Below, one piece after another: positions 1-14,239 of a stretch of DNA of 64,000 nucleotides. Location of the stretch: NCBI GenBank assembly GCA_050084515.1, contig CM114271.1:40920001-40984000 (forward strand), given 5' to 3'. Source of the DNA: Blasia pusilla (lineage: Eukaryota). The position numbers and the translations under genes are program-made. Each line of letters opens with the position of its first letter. Within the stretch, counting starts at the first letter, position 1. The notes beneath the pieces were generated by a model that worked only from the letters and a program-made list of their open reading frames with translations, was not told the origin of the DNA and made no database searches.

Positions 1-799
1 GATTTCTCCCAACGAAAATGTAAAATATGTGAAATTAAAAATCAGCAAGGTAGATGGTGCTCCCGAGAGCACCGGCATGGGGCAACCTGCCCCCATACTC
101 AATCCCTATCAAAAATTGGGGAGCGCTTCCTCGCGCCACTTTCTCACACAGAAAATCGACACATAAACGTCAAAATAGCGCGGCTCTTGCTCTCGTGAGC
201 ACTCCCATGAGCCATGACGTGGGGAACACGGTCCCCAACCTGTACCAAACATCGAGCAACGAGAGAGCTCTCCCATGAAGCTCTCTCACCCCCTCATTCT
301 CTCTTTGTAAAATAAGGTGAAATCTCTCTCAACACCATAGCTCTCAAATGTGTGCACCCTCTCTCAATGTCAAACCAAACCCACTCTCCTAATAAGAGGC
401 TTGGATTACTCTCACAAGGCAAGGGACGATAGTTCCGCAGCCTCATGCCAAAAGGTTCAACAAAGAGAGAATGAGCTCTCAAGCTCTCTCTCATTGAGGT
501 ATACCCCTCCCCTCTCCCAAGCTCTCTCTATGGTAACCTATGCTCCTTCGCTCTTGATCTCATGTAGGAGGTCAAGGGCCACTTACTAAAATAGAAAGTA
601 GATCATATACTCAAAATGGTACCTACCTAAAATAGTAAGTTCCTCAATATGGCTCAAAATGAGCCGAAACGAAGGGGAAACCTGCTCTCTCAAGTTTCAT
701 CGGGCCTCATTAGGTCATCCTCGACCTCCTGAGCTTGTCCTCCACTACTCACGAAGGCGTTCTACTAGATCTCACCGATCTATTCTAAAAGACGTGACA
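1..799 (-). mobile_element. LTR-like 5' terminal region of the gypsy-methyltransferase family, running off the window edge
   Basis: Reverse complement of ~9155-9976 with many substitutions. On the minus strand it begins TGTCACGTCTTTTAGAATAGATCGGTGAGATCTAG at 799, the same terminus as at 9155 (+) and 61985 (-). Confidence 0.75.
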
Positions 800-3700
800 A
801 CATGGAATTGCATGCTGGTAGCTAACCCGCAATTCCTTTTTTGGCTTAAGTCGTAAGTTATCCTTTGCAACACTTAGCATCTTCCCTTCGATAAGCCTAG
901 ATTAGTTTTTGGGAACTAGTCTTAACTATCAAATAAGCTAACTAAGTGTGCTACCTAAGACTTCTCTAGCTCACAACTCGTAAGCATCCCACTTGTTTAC
1001 ACCACATACAAGTCATACTACTTTCAAGTCACTCTCGTATTCGACTTACACGCGTCACTTAGTTCACTCACGCTATCACGAGTAAGATCACCCCAAGCCC
1101 CACGGACGCTAGGTCGAGCCCTAGTGTTAGTCACCCGACTCTTAGTCCTATTGTAGGTGCTTATCCAAATACAAGCACTTACCCCAAATACTACTTGTCT
1201 ATCCTCTTTACTTACATCCTAAGCATATGAGGAACTACTCAGTGCCATGCACTACACGACACAAATTGGAATTAAAACAAGCATCGAATCTAGCAAAATA
1301 TATTTTACATGAAAAATACAAAATATATTTTACATTCTATATTTTGCAAAATATAGAATGTTTCTCATAAAAATTAGTTTAGGGTTAAGGAATTTCATAT
1401 ATCAAGAGCGTGCCTCATTACGTCCAAATTTGTAGAATGATGAGAAGTTAAAATCTAAATTTTGGGAATAGTTCTTAATTATGCTTGAGCCTACTCAAAC
1501 TATTTCCCTTGATTCTTTCTTCGATTTTCAATTTTCCAAAATAAATAAATGAGAATATTAAGGCCTTTTCTTTCCAAATAAAAATTTCCTTTGTTATCTT
1601 TTGTCTTTTGAAATTTACCATGTTCTCTCTCACTTTGTATTTTTCCTTACTACTTATTTTGTTTTGTAGGCATAAAAGAGGTTGAGAAGGATATGGAGGT
1701 ATGATTCTTGGTTACTTTACCAATAAGATTACTCAAAGTAGGGATTGATTTTGCAGTGAAAAGTCTTTGGTTCAACTCCTATAGCAATTGGTTATACGAG
1801 GTAAGAATATGTTGGAGAATTCATTGTTTAATGCGTACCAAAATTTCCATTGTTTTGGTCATGGCACTCTCCACAAGTTTGAGTGAATGATCCACAGTTT
1901 CACATGTATAGCAAGACACTAGGAAGGTTCCTTGGCCCGCTACAACAGACTATTCGATCTTGAAGCATACTATACTATAGTTGAGTGACTCTTATATGTT
2001 GATGATTTCTTGGATAAGAGATAACATCTTCCATTAAACAAAGTCAAAGATAACTATCGTATGCTTATTGGTTTCAACGTCTATTTATATACCATTATCA
2101 AAACTAGGGTTTAAGGAATGGAAAAAGTTCTATGGATGTCTTATGTCATTTTCAAGATTTAAAGATTGTGTAATATTTTCTTTTCATGCATAATTATTTT
2201 CTTTATTATTTAAAAAATAACATCATTATTATTTTCAATGCCAATTTTGTTCATGTCCCTTTCATTCATATCATTGCAAATATTTTGTTTTATTATGACC
2301 TCATCAAATTGTGTATGGTTTTCTGAATAAGGTATTGCATCAAGGTGCACAATTATTCGATAATCAAGTTGTGGAATTATCTTTATGTGTCATTTTTTAG
2401 AACTAGTAGTTCAAGCACGTATGATGGTAAGTCAGAGGGATGGAAATTTGAAATGGTAATGAAAGGACCCCTAAATATGAAACTCCAAAAATGAACAAAA
2501 GGTTTGGTATGAAATTCCAGCAATTGAAAACATTAGGATTGGCTATTTTTATAGATTTTTTGGTTGGTGAAGGCTCATGTGTAAAATTCCAGGATGAATG
2601 TTCTTGAGGATAATATTTTAATCTAGATTTTTTCCAATGGTATATTTTTGGTAAGCTCAACAATTGAAGAACTGGTGTGTGTGAAGGTTGCAAATTTCAA
2701 TTCTAAATGCAAGAAGGTAACAAAAGTAATAATATAAGTAGGTTTCCAAAGAAATTTGCTTATGATGAAAAATAAAATTACATGAAACCCCCTTATTTGA
2801 AAAGAAAACAAACTTTACTCTCCTTGATTTTGTAAAAAACTGTTTTTTCCCATTCTTGGCAGGGAAAAAAGAAAATACAACTTCCCTTTACCAAACCTAC
2901 CTCCCATTAAAGAAAGAAAATTATTCTCATAATTTGGAATTAGTTTTTATTATAGCATAATTCTACCTCATCACGAGTTTTTTGTTTTTTTTTCTAACGG
3001 AGTGTGATTATTTTCTAATTTTAAATTTCAAAAGTGGGTAAAATTAAGGAATGTGAAGGATATTTGTGGAAAAAAACTTAAGAAAGAATTATTAATTCTT
3101 AATAAAAATTAGTATTACGACTTAATGGTATCGTTTTTAGCGTGAAGCGTTAAATTTTTTTTTCCAAAAGCTCCAAAGATGATGTGTAGAGAAAAAGGAC
3201 CCAACCATTTCTTTATTTTTCTCATTAAATCATGAGCATCTAACTAGCAACAGCCAACACATCCCACACATAACACATGGAATACCCTCATAAGCAAGAA
3301 AGTATACCGGTCTAAAAAAGTACTTCATGCGTCTCTTGTGTCAAAAAATGATACAACCTTCCGTTTCTTCCTTTCCATAGAATATGTTGAGAAAGTGGGA
3401 ATGAAAGAGTCCATGAAGTCCTTTGAACTCGAGGACGTACGAAAGGCAAAGCAGACGTGAAACGAGGATACATTAGTTCGGTACGAGCCAGCGAATCAGA
3501 GTCTCATGAATTAAACAGATTACTTCTGCATTGCTCATTGAAAATTGTTTACACTAAGTAGAAAGTTTGAGAATAACATCCTTCGAGGAATCGAGGAAGT
3601 TATGACATCACTCCACAATCTTTAAGGATTCCCATGGCCCCACAATCATCCGCTGGCGCAGCGGATGGACTCCTTCTAGAAGCGCGCCTATTATTGAATC

Positions 3701-4325
3701 AGTTGGAAATAGATCGAGTGGAATGTGCTTGAGCGGTGTTGAGTCGAACGGTTCGCTCCAGTACGAGCGCCACCACAAAAGAGTAAGTAAGCATCCTGTG
3801 CTGGAGTTTTTGGTGGAAATTAAATGAACCAGTTGGCAGAGTGGTGAGGTTGCAAGGGCGCACACAATTGCCCCACCGTCCAGCTTTCGGACTCGAACGT
3901 TTGACAGCTTTTTCATGGCACATTTCTACCCACCTGCAAGTACCAGGACGGTCATTAAACGCACCCGTGCGTGCTAACTGCTGGCTGAGCTTGGCTCCCT
4001 AAGTCGTCGGTTGGCCTCACAAGAACTGCAAGATTTCTTTATGATAAAGTGGAAATGTTGTGATACCATCATGCGGATCCTTGCACCGAAGCTTTGGACT
4101 GTGCACATGTGGGGGTTTTAAAGCCGTCGTCCGAGTGCGGTTGACTTAATGCTCGCAGCTTTTTCTCAGTCCGGAGATCGCAAGAGTAAGTGTGGTTTTT
4201 CTTTCTTTTGGGGTGCACAATGCTTGCAAGATTGTGACCCCCCCACCCCCACCATCATGCAGTGCGGTGTACTGAACTCCAGACATGGAGTTTCGGCCGG
4301 TGGAGATTTCTAGACATCATCGGAA

Positions 4326-6000
4326 TTATGCACGGTGGATGCTTGTTGCGGCAGTCTCTAAATCAGGTTCTCTACTTCTCACAGGTTCATGCATTGGTGT
4401 GAAATCGTGCGACACCGCCGGCCCAGAAGGTTTCTTCCCGTCTTGCAGTGTAGTGGACTCACTCAGGACTCGACAGGAGTCATGAAGCGTAAGAAAATAT
4501 GCGTGAGGTTTCTTTCAACTTGTACGTACTTGATTTTTGGAGCTTTCTCTGGGTCTGTATGCTCGGGAGATATCTCGAAAGAGCTTTCGTATCAAGGAGC
4601 ACAGCACTAAAACAGCGCAACAGCTCGTGACTATTCCAGCAATACTCGCCACAATCACCTGCAAGTCCTCATGCACGCAGAACAGACGGAACTCCCTTAC
4701 GAACAAAATCTGGGATTTCTAGTGCAAGAAAGCTTTCACCGGAGTGTTAGAGGCAGAGACATTCGCCGGCCGGTCTCGTAGAAATCAGACTTCCGCTAAA
4801 GAGCATGAAAATATAGTGCAATGTCGTTCGCAATCTGTGATTTACGAGAATCATAAAGCGCAGAGAAGCTAACAGCAGAAGCGAGGTGTCTTTCTCCATT
4901 CACTCGGCGCTCTCTCTTTCTCCGGAATATTTCACAGAAAGCATTCCACAAATTTCAACAAATCAATTCATTTCTTCTCTCGAAGGAGGTCGTGATACTG
5001 ACAATGGAATAAGATCGATCTGCGGCTCGCTCATAGGCCCTCCTCCTGAGAACGTAGGGATGTGTTGGGCTCATGCTATTACACCACGAGAATTGAAATG
5101 GATTTTGCGAGAAATCAGTCTCCCATCCATCGGGACATTTGCACGTGCGCTCGTCCGGGTCTGGTTCTCCTCTCGGCGTACAATTCAATCGCGGTTGGGG
5201 CGCGGGGAAATGGAAGCGAACGGAGCCCGTATCCATGCAGCCCTGTGCAACACGGCACTGCAGGTGAACACAATGCACAGAACAGCGACGCAGAGCTCGC
5301 ACTTCTGCAAAATGCGGGACCAAAGAGGAACATATCCAAGCCTCCACTATCCTCCCTACCAGATACCGGTTGTTGTGAACAGAAGAGATTTATCGTAGTT
5401 GGCGTAGCCTCTCTGGATTACTTTCCAATTTGTAGCTTGCGTCGCACGGGTTGTTCACGTACGCACTCAAGAGCTTAAATCGCGGAGGATATGCGTCCTC
5501 CAGACTCTGAAGGTTCAGGACTGTTGCTCTGCGTTCCTGGAGCGTTTCAGTTCATCTTGTGAAGCAAACTCGTGTCATCGTGAGTTTAAATTTTCACCTA
5601 TTAAATTATCATTGGACTTTCTTTTCTTGCCGGGTCTATTCACCGAGGTCAGGATGTACTCTAAGTTGACCTTCGACAAGACTGACTGACAGTGAATCAA
5701 ATGTAAATGGCACTATAGAGCATCCAGTCTTCTCGAATTCTGCTGGCTTAACAATGTTGGAATTTGGGAGTATGAGGGATGACCAACCTCGACAGGATCA
5801 CAAGGTTCACAGAGCCTTGTTTCGGCGTTCCAGATTGGTTTATCCTTGTATTTGGTGGGACAATCTGCTGCCTTCGCACAGAATGTGTAGTGGTTGATGA
5901 TCTGCACGAATTGAAAGAGCGTGTACAAGAAGATAGCGAATTGGGTCAGTGTTTCTTGAGGTATTGGATACCATCGATATTCTTGCGGAGTTCTTTGCAT
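4326..6000 (-). CDS. Tentative spliced gene for a small Cys-rich/EGF-like membrane protein
   Basis: Exon 6000-5788 encodes a hydrophobic stretch then CAKAADCP...CEPCDPVE and ends at a GT donor. It joins in phase to a CAG acceptor at 5243 (GCMDTG...NCTPRGEPDPDERTCKCPDGWETD...WCN). A TM-like exon (~4660-4530, VIVASIAGIVTSCCAVLVLCSLIRK) is bounded by cag/gtacgt. The last exon and stop are a guess. Confidence 0.3.
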
Positions 6001-9000
6001 TCTCCTAGTTCAGTCTAGATCAAGTACCTTCTAAACTTTCTCTCTTCCTCAGTTATGGTTGTATTGTCCCAACAATACGACCGGTAGAGTTTAATGAGCA
6101 GGTTCTCGTCCTCAGTCCCATGGCCCTCTTGGCTCCTGGTGTACTATATATCAAATCATTCGTTCTCTGGTTTCAACAGAACCAATCGTTCATTCATTCC
6201 TCTTCTAATTTGAAGGCCACCACTGCCAGTATTAGTTAGCAAATGTTGCGTCCAATTCAATTCCAGTCTCATGGCCCTATTTCATGAACAACAAATCAGT
6301 TCATTCCTTCATTCCAAGAATTCGTGAGCTCCACTGTGGCAAGGCTCTGATGGACACAACGTACTGAGTAGAGATTAGATCTTTCACAAGATTCTTTCCC
6401 AAGGAGAAGGACTGGGGCCAATACCTGTTAATGACATTGGGGGCAATCCCAGTGCCAGGGAGGTGACCCCTGATCCATAGCATGAATCATCCATGCTCGG
6501 ACGAGAGACCACTGCTGTTCGTAACAGGTGTGAACTTCTGCAATGCCCCTGGATCAAACTTGCAAATCCAGGGACGTCACTGAAACCAACTCCTTCATGG
6601 AGAGCCCTTCAAGCTTGGGAAACTTCAAGTCTGGTTTGTGAGGGGCTCGATGGATTCGGTGCCGTTGCACCCACACGGGGGGGCGGGTATCATAAAAGCC
6701 TATATACTTCCCGGGGACTAGAAATGAAATACAATGAATTCTAAGAATCATGGCCTCCTGGGGAACCTTGGATGATGAATACTTCGGAGAGTAGAAGATC
6801 CGAATCTGCGAGAGCAGAATCAGCCATTCTACTATGGTACTAGTTTATGAGTACAATCTGCAGCTCCATACCCACGGAGAAACCGTCTCGCAGTGTGGAT
6901 GATGCATTGCTTTTCTAGTTTAAAGCCTTCATGACGTTAGCTTCTCCCATTCTTGGACTACAGGCAGAAATATGGGGAATCGGGACTGGCTCTCTGATGA
7001 CAATTTGTCAGTTGAAGTGGAAAAATCAGCTTCGTTCAATTGCTCCACCCTGAAGTTTTGATGGAGATCTATTGGTTCCAGGAGAGATGGCTCAAGCTAG
7101 TAACATTTAGGATGACGAAGGTTCTCGAGACGGTAGGGCAGCCATGCCTCGCTTGGATAATGTAAAGATTTTGTATCCGCTCACTTCATTCTCCTTATCC
7201 ACCAAAAGTCTCCAGGAAACTCCAGGATCTTACCTTCAGTTCTTCATCAACGCTACAATCCACGCAGATCATTTTGGTTGATCCAGTGCCATCCGGTCTT
7301 CTCAGACAATAACCTAAGGTCAGATTCAACACAAATTGCATAGTCAGAACACCACATGTTTGGTGTGAACAGCAACCTTTCTTTCTACTGCTCGGCCTAC
7401 CTATGTGAGAAACTCAGACGACGTCTAGGTGATGAGAGCAAACTGTAGGATTGACTACTTAAAACTAAGGTGGCGCAGAGTCCAGATTCTAGGATTGACC
7501 GAACAGTATTAGTAATCAATTGCTGGGAGACATAAACAGCTGTTTCAGTACGAAGATCGTCACACGAACGAATGGTTGTAAAGAGGAACGGATGAATGAA
7601 TGTTGAACCCCAAGACGCTGGGATCCTGCAATCCCGTAATTCATGATGTTAATTTTGTCATTTTGAACGCAAATGAGAGTCGGGCAGACCTAGAATTGGA
7701 GGAGTTACATGGCGAGCTCAAACTGTAGTTTGACAGGGTGAATTCGAGGAGGTTTACGACTGGGATATCTATGAACTTGTCAGTCTTCCCCTTCGATTCC
7801 TTCCGTCACGTGATCATCACGATAGTAACATAGCAAAAGACACTGGATCTCTGGCGGTTCAGAACAGTAAAGTATGATCCAAAACCCATTTTACCCCGTC
7901 AAAATGCACCACACAAATGACAAGTCAGTGTGACGACATAAGAATCCTAATTAGCATTTATCGAGATCTGCCAATCATTGATCGGTTCCAGACCTTTTCA
8001 GGTGCTTCGGATCTCGGGCACTGTGACTTAGTGACCTAAACCAGCTGCAAAATAGACAGGAATCGACTTTTCCGTTCCCCTTTCTCACCAAATACTTTTA
8101 TTTAGTGGATGACCGATCCAGAGATCTTGGTATGCTGTGGTTTAGTGGGGCGGTGGCTTCATAATTTTCCTGTGGTAGTGTTTGAGCCAGTCCTTTGGTC
8201 CCTCACCGCCGTGAACACTACTATTGCTGAAACCAAAACTCATTCTGGCCTTCCTCAGATGCAACCCGAAATATCTGAAACGCCCCAGACGTTCTCCGCC
8301 CCAAGCTTCCAGAAATGATCGTGTTTCTGGCTCTGAAACCCTAGTGATTAGTGGATTCCAAAGACATTTCTAGAAGCGTTGCGCATTGGTTTGCACACCC
8401 CAAAAACATGCAGATTCTTAGACGAGGCCGGTCCAAAAGCGGCCGTTGCAACCCGAGAGTGTAAGCCACCGCCCGCGGAAAGCCGTCCGCGATCGCTAAG
8501 ATACAAATTTTTTCTCCGTCTCTACAGTGCACACAGATGTAGCAACGATCCTTGATTGGACAGGGAAAGAGAATTCAAAATTGGGTGCTTTTGGGTTTAC
8601 GTGACTTAGGCATGGCTAGCTGGCTGGCTGGATGCAATCGCTCTGCACTCCTCTTCCACTCGAGCTCCTGCAAATTACGCCAACTGACACCCGACAACAG
8701 CCGCACACAAATCATAACAGAATCGGGAGTCAGGATCTAGCATCACCACAAGCCCGTCATATCCGGCTTCGGCATTTGCGCGCACTGCATGCAAGCTTTT
8801 AAGTACATCTCCATAGATTTCTTTCCAATTCTGAGACCACTTCCGACTAACTGGAAAATAGCTTTCTTTCCTCGTATTAATTTTATAAGTATTCCAGAAA
8901 TAAAATTTTCGTGCCAAAAATGTGTTACTATGTTTTAATATTTCTTTTTACCAAAACATTTTTTATTTTCCGATGTACTGAAAATAAAAAGGTGTTTGAA

Positions 9001-9154
9001 GAATTTTTGCTACTATATGGCGCGTGAAAGGACTAATGATGTTACACACAAATTCAAATGTGAAACATTTTCTTGTTGCCCAATTGCCACGTGTCAAAGG
9101 GAGAGGTATTTGCAAATCAAGAAGACACTCTCCAATAATAGTATAGATTGCACA

Positions 9155-10117
9155 TGTCACGTCTCTTAGGATAGATCGGTGAGATCTAGTAGAGCGCCTT
9201 CGTGACTAGCGGAGGACAAGTTCAGTAGGTCGAGGATGACCTGCTAAGGCCCCGGGAAACTTGAGAGAGCAGGTTTCCCCTTCGTTTCGGCTCATTTAGA
9301 GCCATATTAAAGAACATACTATTTTAGGTAAGTATCATTTTTTGAGTATGTGATCGACTTTATATTTTTAGTAAGTAGCCCTTGACCTCCTACATCAGGT
9401 CAAGAGCCAAGGAGATGACTTGGGAGCATAGGTTACCATGGAGAGAGCTTGGGAGAGGGGAGAGGTATACCTCATGGAGAGAGAATTTGAGAGCTCATTC
9501 TTTCCTTGTTGAACCTCTTGGCATAAGGCCGCGGAGCTATGGTCCCTTGCCTTGTGAGTGTAACCCAAGCCTCTCATTAGGAGAGTGGGTTTGGTTTGAC
9601 ATGAGAGAGAATGCACACCTTTGAGAGCTATGGTGAGAGATGGTGTAGAGAGAGATTGGATCTTACTTTACGAAGAGAGAATGAGAGAGTGAGAGAGCTT
9701 CATGGGGGAGCTCGTTGGTCACTCGTTGTTTTTGCAGGTTGGGGACAGTGTTCCCCATTCAGCGGCTCATGGGAGTGCTCACCAAAGCAAGGGCTGCTTT
9801 GATTGTTCTTTGCATTTGCCGATTTTTTGTGTGGAAAAGTGGCGCGCGGAAGCGTTGCCCAATTTCTGATAGGGATTGATTATGGGGGCGGATTGCCCCA
9901 TGCCGGTGCTCTCGGGAGCACCTGTAGCTTGCTGATTTGTATTTTTACAGGTTTTATATTTTCGTTGGGAGAAATCAAGGCGGAAGCGCTGCCAAATTTT
10001 ATGTAGGAGAAAGAGACATTGGACTTTACGACAGTCCCCGTTAGCTTTACTCGAATGTCTGATTCTAAATATTTTTTGACGTTGTCGTAGATCGTGAAGT
10101 TGTGCACGCTGTGCAAC
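9155..10117 (+). mobile_element. LTR-like 5' terminal region of gypsy-methyltransferase copy 1
   Basis: Starts TGTCACGTCT, is homologous to 1-799 and lies upstream of a gag-like region. The right boundary (...GTGCAACA) is uncertain and no canonical PBS was recognised. Confidence 0.65.
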
Positions 10118-11189
10118 AAACAATGCGCAATTTGGAGTTGCGAGCAAAAAGTAATGATCAATCTTGCAAAACTGCCATTGCTAAGCAATTTTTAGGATTA
10201 AATTGTTCAAACCCTAAACCAGCCGCCACGCCGGCACTGGCCGTCGCCGTCATTGTCACTGTCGATGGTCAACCATCACCATCAACGGTCAACCGTCACC
10301 ATCAACGGTCCACCGTCCGTTGTCCACCCTTTGGTTGCCATTGCCGCCATTACGGAGTGGAGGGTCTTCCACCACGTTCGTTGATTCTCTAACTTGCGTC
10401 GCCACCACGTACTTTGTTTTGGCCGCCACCGTCATCGCAGTTTCGTCATCAACCTATGATGGCAGGTGACCCCGGGTTATGGAGTTTGAGTTTTCATTTC
10501 ATTCCGCTATGTTGTGATTGGTAGCCGCTTGATGACGATCGAGTACCGTGGCGTGATGCTCGTAGCCGCAACGTGCCGCCGATTGCTGCGCCATGCCGCT
10601 CGTGACCGCACCGCACCGTCTCGATCACGGAGTCGCTCCTTCACTAAGGAGCAGAGTGTGTGAATTTCTGGTTGAGGAGGGTTTGCCGTTGAGTGCCGCG
10701 TCCCATTCCCGAGTGCCGTGCCGTTTGTAGCCGTTCCGTGCTGCCGGTGCCACACTAGACCGGAGGAGGTTTGAGCAACGTCACTACGAGAGGTGTACGA
10801 CTTGTTGATTGGAGGAGTTGTCTTCACGACCGAGTTGGGGTTGAGATTTACATTTGCCGAGAAGCGACATCGACATTATTGTCAAGTTACCCATTCTTGT
10901 CTCTTACCCTGCACGTGTGAGGGGTTTCCGGATATTGGGAAGTTATTTGGGATATTGGGTTTTGTGCTGATGCTAGGAGCATCGTTGATGTATGGGTTTA
11001 GGGGACATAGACCTCTATGGGATGTCCAGAGTTGAGGATGGTTTGTCGATAAGACGATAGATCGGTTGATTTGCCGCACCACGTTGCTTGATGCCGCATA
11101 GCACACGTCTTAGTGAGAGAGTGTAGATTGAGTGCTGCATGTTTAGTTTGAGTGATTGAGGGATTACTCCCGAGATTGAGAGTGATCGT

Positions 11190-12325
11190 GTGAGAGGGGC
11201 ACAAGGGCCATCACGGCGTCCTTTCAGGATTTTGAGAGGCGAGGTAGTGGACTTGAGAGTAGCTCTGGAGGGTTTACCCGAAGTGGTGCGAGGTTTTCAG
11301 GGTCTCCACGTGAGAGACCACTCGATCTCCTTCTGTGTCGTCTCAGACAAGGGGGAGCGTATAGAGGAGTGTGTTAGTGATCCACCGTACACATTGAGTG
11401 GTCCTACCAGTTGGGCGTACGAGATGGACGACGGGGGCAGAGGACCGCATAGGTTTTTGGGTGTTGTAGGCACTATAGAGCTACATGAATTCATTGCGGA
11501 TTTTAGGAGTTGGTGTGACTCACAGCGGGCTAGGAACTCTAGAGAGTTCAACCTGTTTACAGCATGGAATGGTATGTTCCAGCATTTAGAGGGGGCACCC
11601 ATGGACGATTAACATGAGTTTTCCAACAGATATACCCAGGAGATTGAGGCATGGCGACTCTATTATGACCCACACTATGAATCATGGACGAAGTTGTTCC
11701 CAGATGAGGAAGAGGAGTCAGGAGAGGCTACTTCCTCTTCCACTAGTGACGTTTCAGGAGGGATCACTCGCATTGGAGCAATTGCATCGTCTAGTCGGGT
11801 TCGTCCCCGGTTCAACCCTATGGTTGAGTTCTTTGCTGAGTTGAGGGCGAGCTACCAAAGGGGTACGGACAGAGAAGTTGCGGAGCATCCACGACTTCCA
11901 AAGGCGCCCGGGTGAGAGTTTGCGTGAGGCTTACACTTGCTTGCCCCGTTTGATCAACGTCACTCAAGGGGTGAGAGAAGTTCAGGCTATCCAGTCATGG
12001 TACGTGATGCTGGACCGGACCCTGCGAACATGGGTACGGGAGGGGTGATTCTTATGAACACCTCCCCTATGTTGAGAGATTTTTTTAGGACTGCCGAGAA
12101 CATTGACGAGAACATGGCGGAGGAGAGCGTAGCCACCATGGGTTCTAGGCGAGAGCAGTCACAATTGTCTGCACCACCTGTGCAGCAACGTGGACTCCGA
12201 GATAGGTGGACTGTGGTACCACAAGCTCAGGGAGGATACCGGGAGGCCATGCCGCAGAGACCTGCGCCTTCATATGCGACTCAACAACAGCCGCCTACTA
12301 TTACTTGTTGGTCATGTGGTGGAGC
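11190..12325 (+). pseudogene. Ty3/gypsy gag-like region (stops/frameshifts), ending in the first half of a CCHC zinc knuckle
   Basis: Gag-like segments ELHEFIADFRSWCD...AWNGMFQHLEG and FNPMVEFFAELRASYQ. Ends ITCWSCGG, where unrelated sequence begins. Confidence 0.7.
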
Positions 12326-12999
12326 CAAGGTGCGGTAAGAGGAGAGGAAGAGAGGAGAGAGGAGAGAGGAAACTACCTTCAACCCAAAGAGATAAATTTT
12401 TTTAAGAGAGTTTCCGTTGGGTTGAAGAGAGGAAACTTTTTGTGTAATTTTTTTGCATTTGTCTTCTCAGTTCTTAAGCACTCCCACAAATTTTATTTTT
12501 TCTTCCACATTTTAGCAACCCATGTGAGTCCGACGAGTTGCAATTTGCACAAAATTTAGAAAACTCAAAAATCAGTGGAATCATAAGTGTGGAACCAATC
12601 ACTTTTCCATCCAAGGTGTGGAAAAAATCTATCATTTGCCTAGGGCTGAATAGAGTTCAAGCTCAAAGTGAAGGTTTTGGAAAATGAAAGTACAATCTAA
12701 AACCTCATTTTGCATCCTCAAAGTGGTTTGTTTAGAATACTTTGCACTTCTTCGAGGGACAGAATTGGTTGGTGGATTCCTACTCCTACCTCTGACTCTC
12801 TTTAAACTACAAGCAACACATAGTACATGTGCTTATAAGGGAAATATCTTTTGCCACTTGTCTCTCTTTGGATAAAGTTATCACATGAACATGTGGGAAA
12901 GCAACAGATGTGCACCACACACACCCCTATGACACTTGAATTTATAGTGTTGTTGCTGACCCAATACATCCTTCCTATTCCATTGCCACTGTGGATATC

Positions 13000-13545
13000 T
13001 TAGGTGGCGATGATCTCCATTTTTGCCTCTCGATCTGATGCAATTTGCTTTGCTCTCTCCACCATTGGCCTACACATTCTGTTTCTCTTCACCCCAGTTC
13101 TAGACTCAAACAGAAATAGTGGATTGAGATCATCCACCTTCTCCGGGTACATGTTGACATCAATCTTGGGTTGAATACAAAATACGAAGGTCTCTGTAAT
13201 GCAAACATGCTGTGAACTTCCTCTGTCTACGAGTCTGAAACCGGCACTTGTAAGATTGTCCACTTCGTCTTGAGTGCAATTCGTACCTGCGGCGCTGGGC
13301 CAAATCATGGGGATATTCCCCGGAGCTCCAATGGCAGCCGGATAAGACTTCCAAAAAGTGCAAGATTCATTTGGACAGAATAAGTACTTCAATTGATCCC
13401 CGTTCCTCGTGAAACGATCAAAGGTTTTGAGTCCCCAAAATCCAGGCAATGGTCATCCAATCCTTGTACAGTTCTTATTTAGGAAAGTGCCGCATGCTCT
13501 CCTAATGCCATCAGATCCTGCCCTGCAAGTGGGTCCAGTATTCTG
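13000..13545 (-). pseudogene. Cys-rich ORF fragment, probably the C-terminal part of copy B's transposase
   Basis: PTCRAG...RACGTF...*PLPGFWG...LFCPNESC...IWPSAAGTNCTQDEVDNLTSAGFRL. Same strand as the N-terminal transposase piece at 23241-24114, and cut where copy A begins. The assignment is inferential. Confidence 0.4.
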
Positions 13546-14239
13546 GCAGGAGAGAGGAAGAGAGGAGAGGAAGAGAGGAAGAGAGGAGAGTCTCTCTTAA
13601 AAAAAAAGGGTCAAATCCGCCTCCTCTCTTCAAAACTTTTGGACATATTTGAAATTTTTGTTTGCTTTCAAATTCATGAAATCTTTAGAAGAGAATAGGT
13701 AGTGGTCCACATTCGGGCCTAAAGAAACCTCCTTTTTCTAGAGGGCGAAAAACAAGTAGACATCATAAGACCATTACAAACATTTTTCCATCACTCTCCA
13801 TGTGAGCCTTAGTTTCTTCACATTGCCTGTCTCAGTCTACAGTAAGCTGTGCCCAAGGGTATTTTTGTTGGAGGACCATTGGCAAATAATTTGACCAGAA
13901 GTAGCAATCTCATCTCAATGAAAGGTTCAAATAAAGACCAACTTTGTGAAATATGAACACAGCATACAAGAATTGAACCAAAAGATTGTTAGCTGTATGG
14001 AGTAGAGAGAAACTGATGTCCCTTCATTCAGATCCTAAATCTGATAAATCGAGATGCTGCATCCCTCCCAACCAGTAGGAATTTTACAGGTTCCAACTCT
14101 TGCAATCCGTCGGAATCAGATGGCTTGCACCCCTTGCAAGCAAACTCACCATAACAAAGGAAAGATTTTTGGAAGTGATTCCATTCCACCCTGCACCCAC
14201 GAAAATTCAACTGTTTGGGAATCCGAAATGGCAATCCGA

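Noticed and set aside
1600-2150. Exon-like fragments with splice-like signals
   Set aside because: No sustained reading frame or recognisable protein.
1-9976. Composite element formed by the inverted repeats 1-799 and 9155-9976
   Set aside because: The TG termini face inward and the right copy continues into gag, so these are two independent, oppositely oriented insertions.
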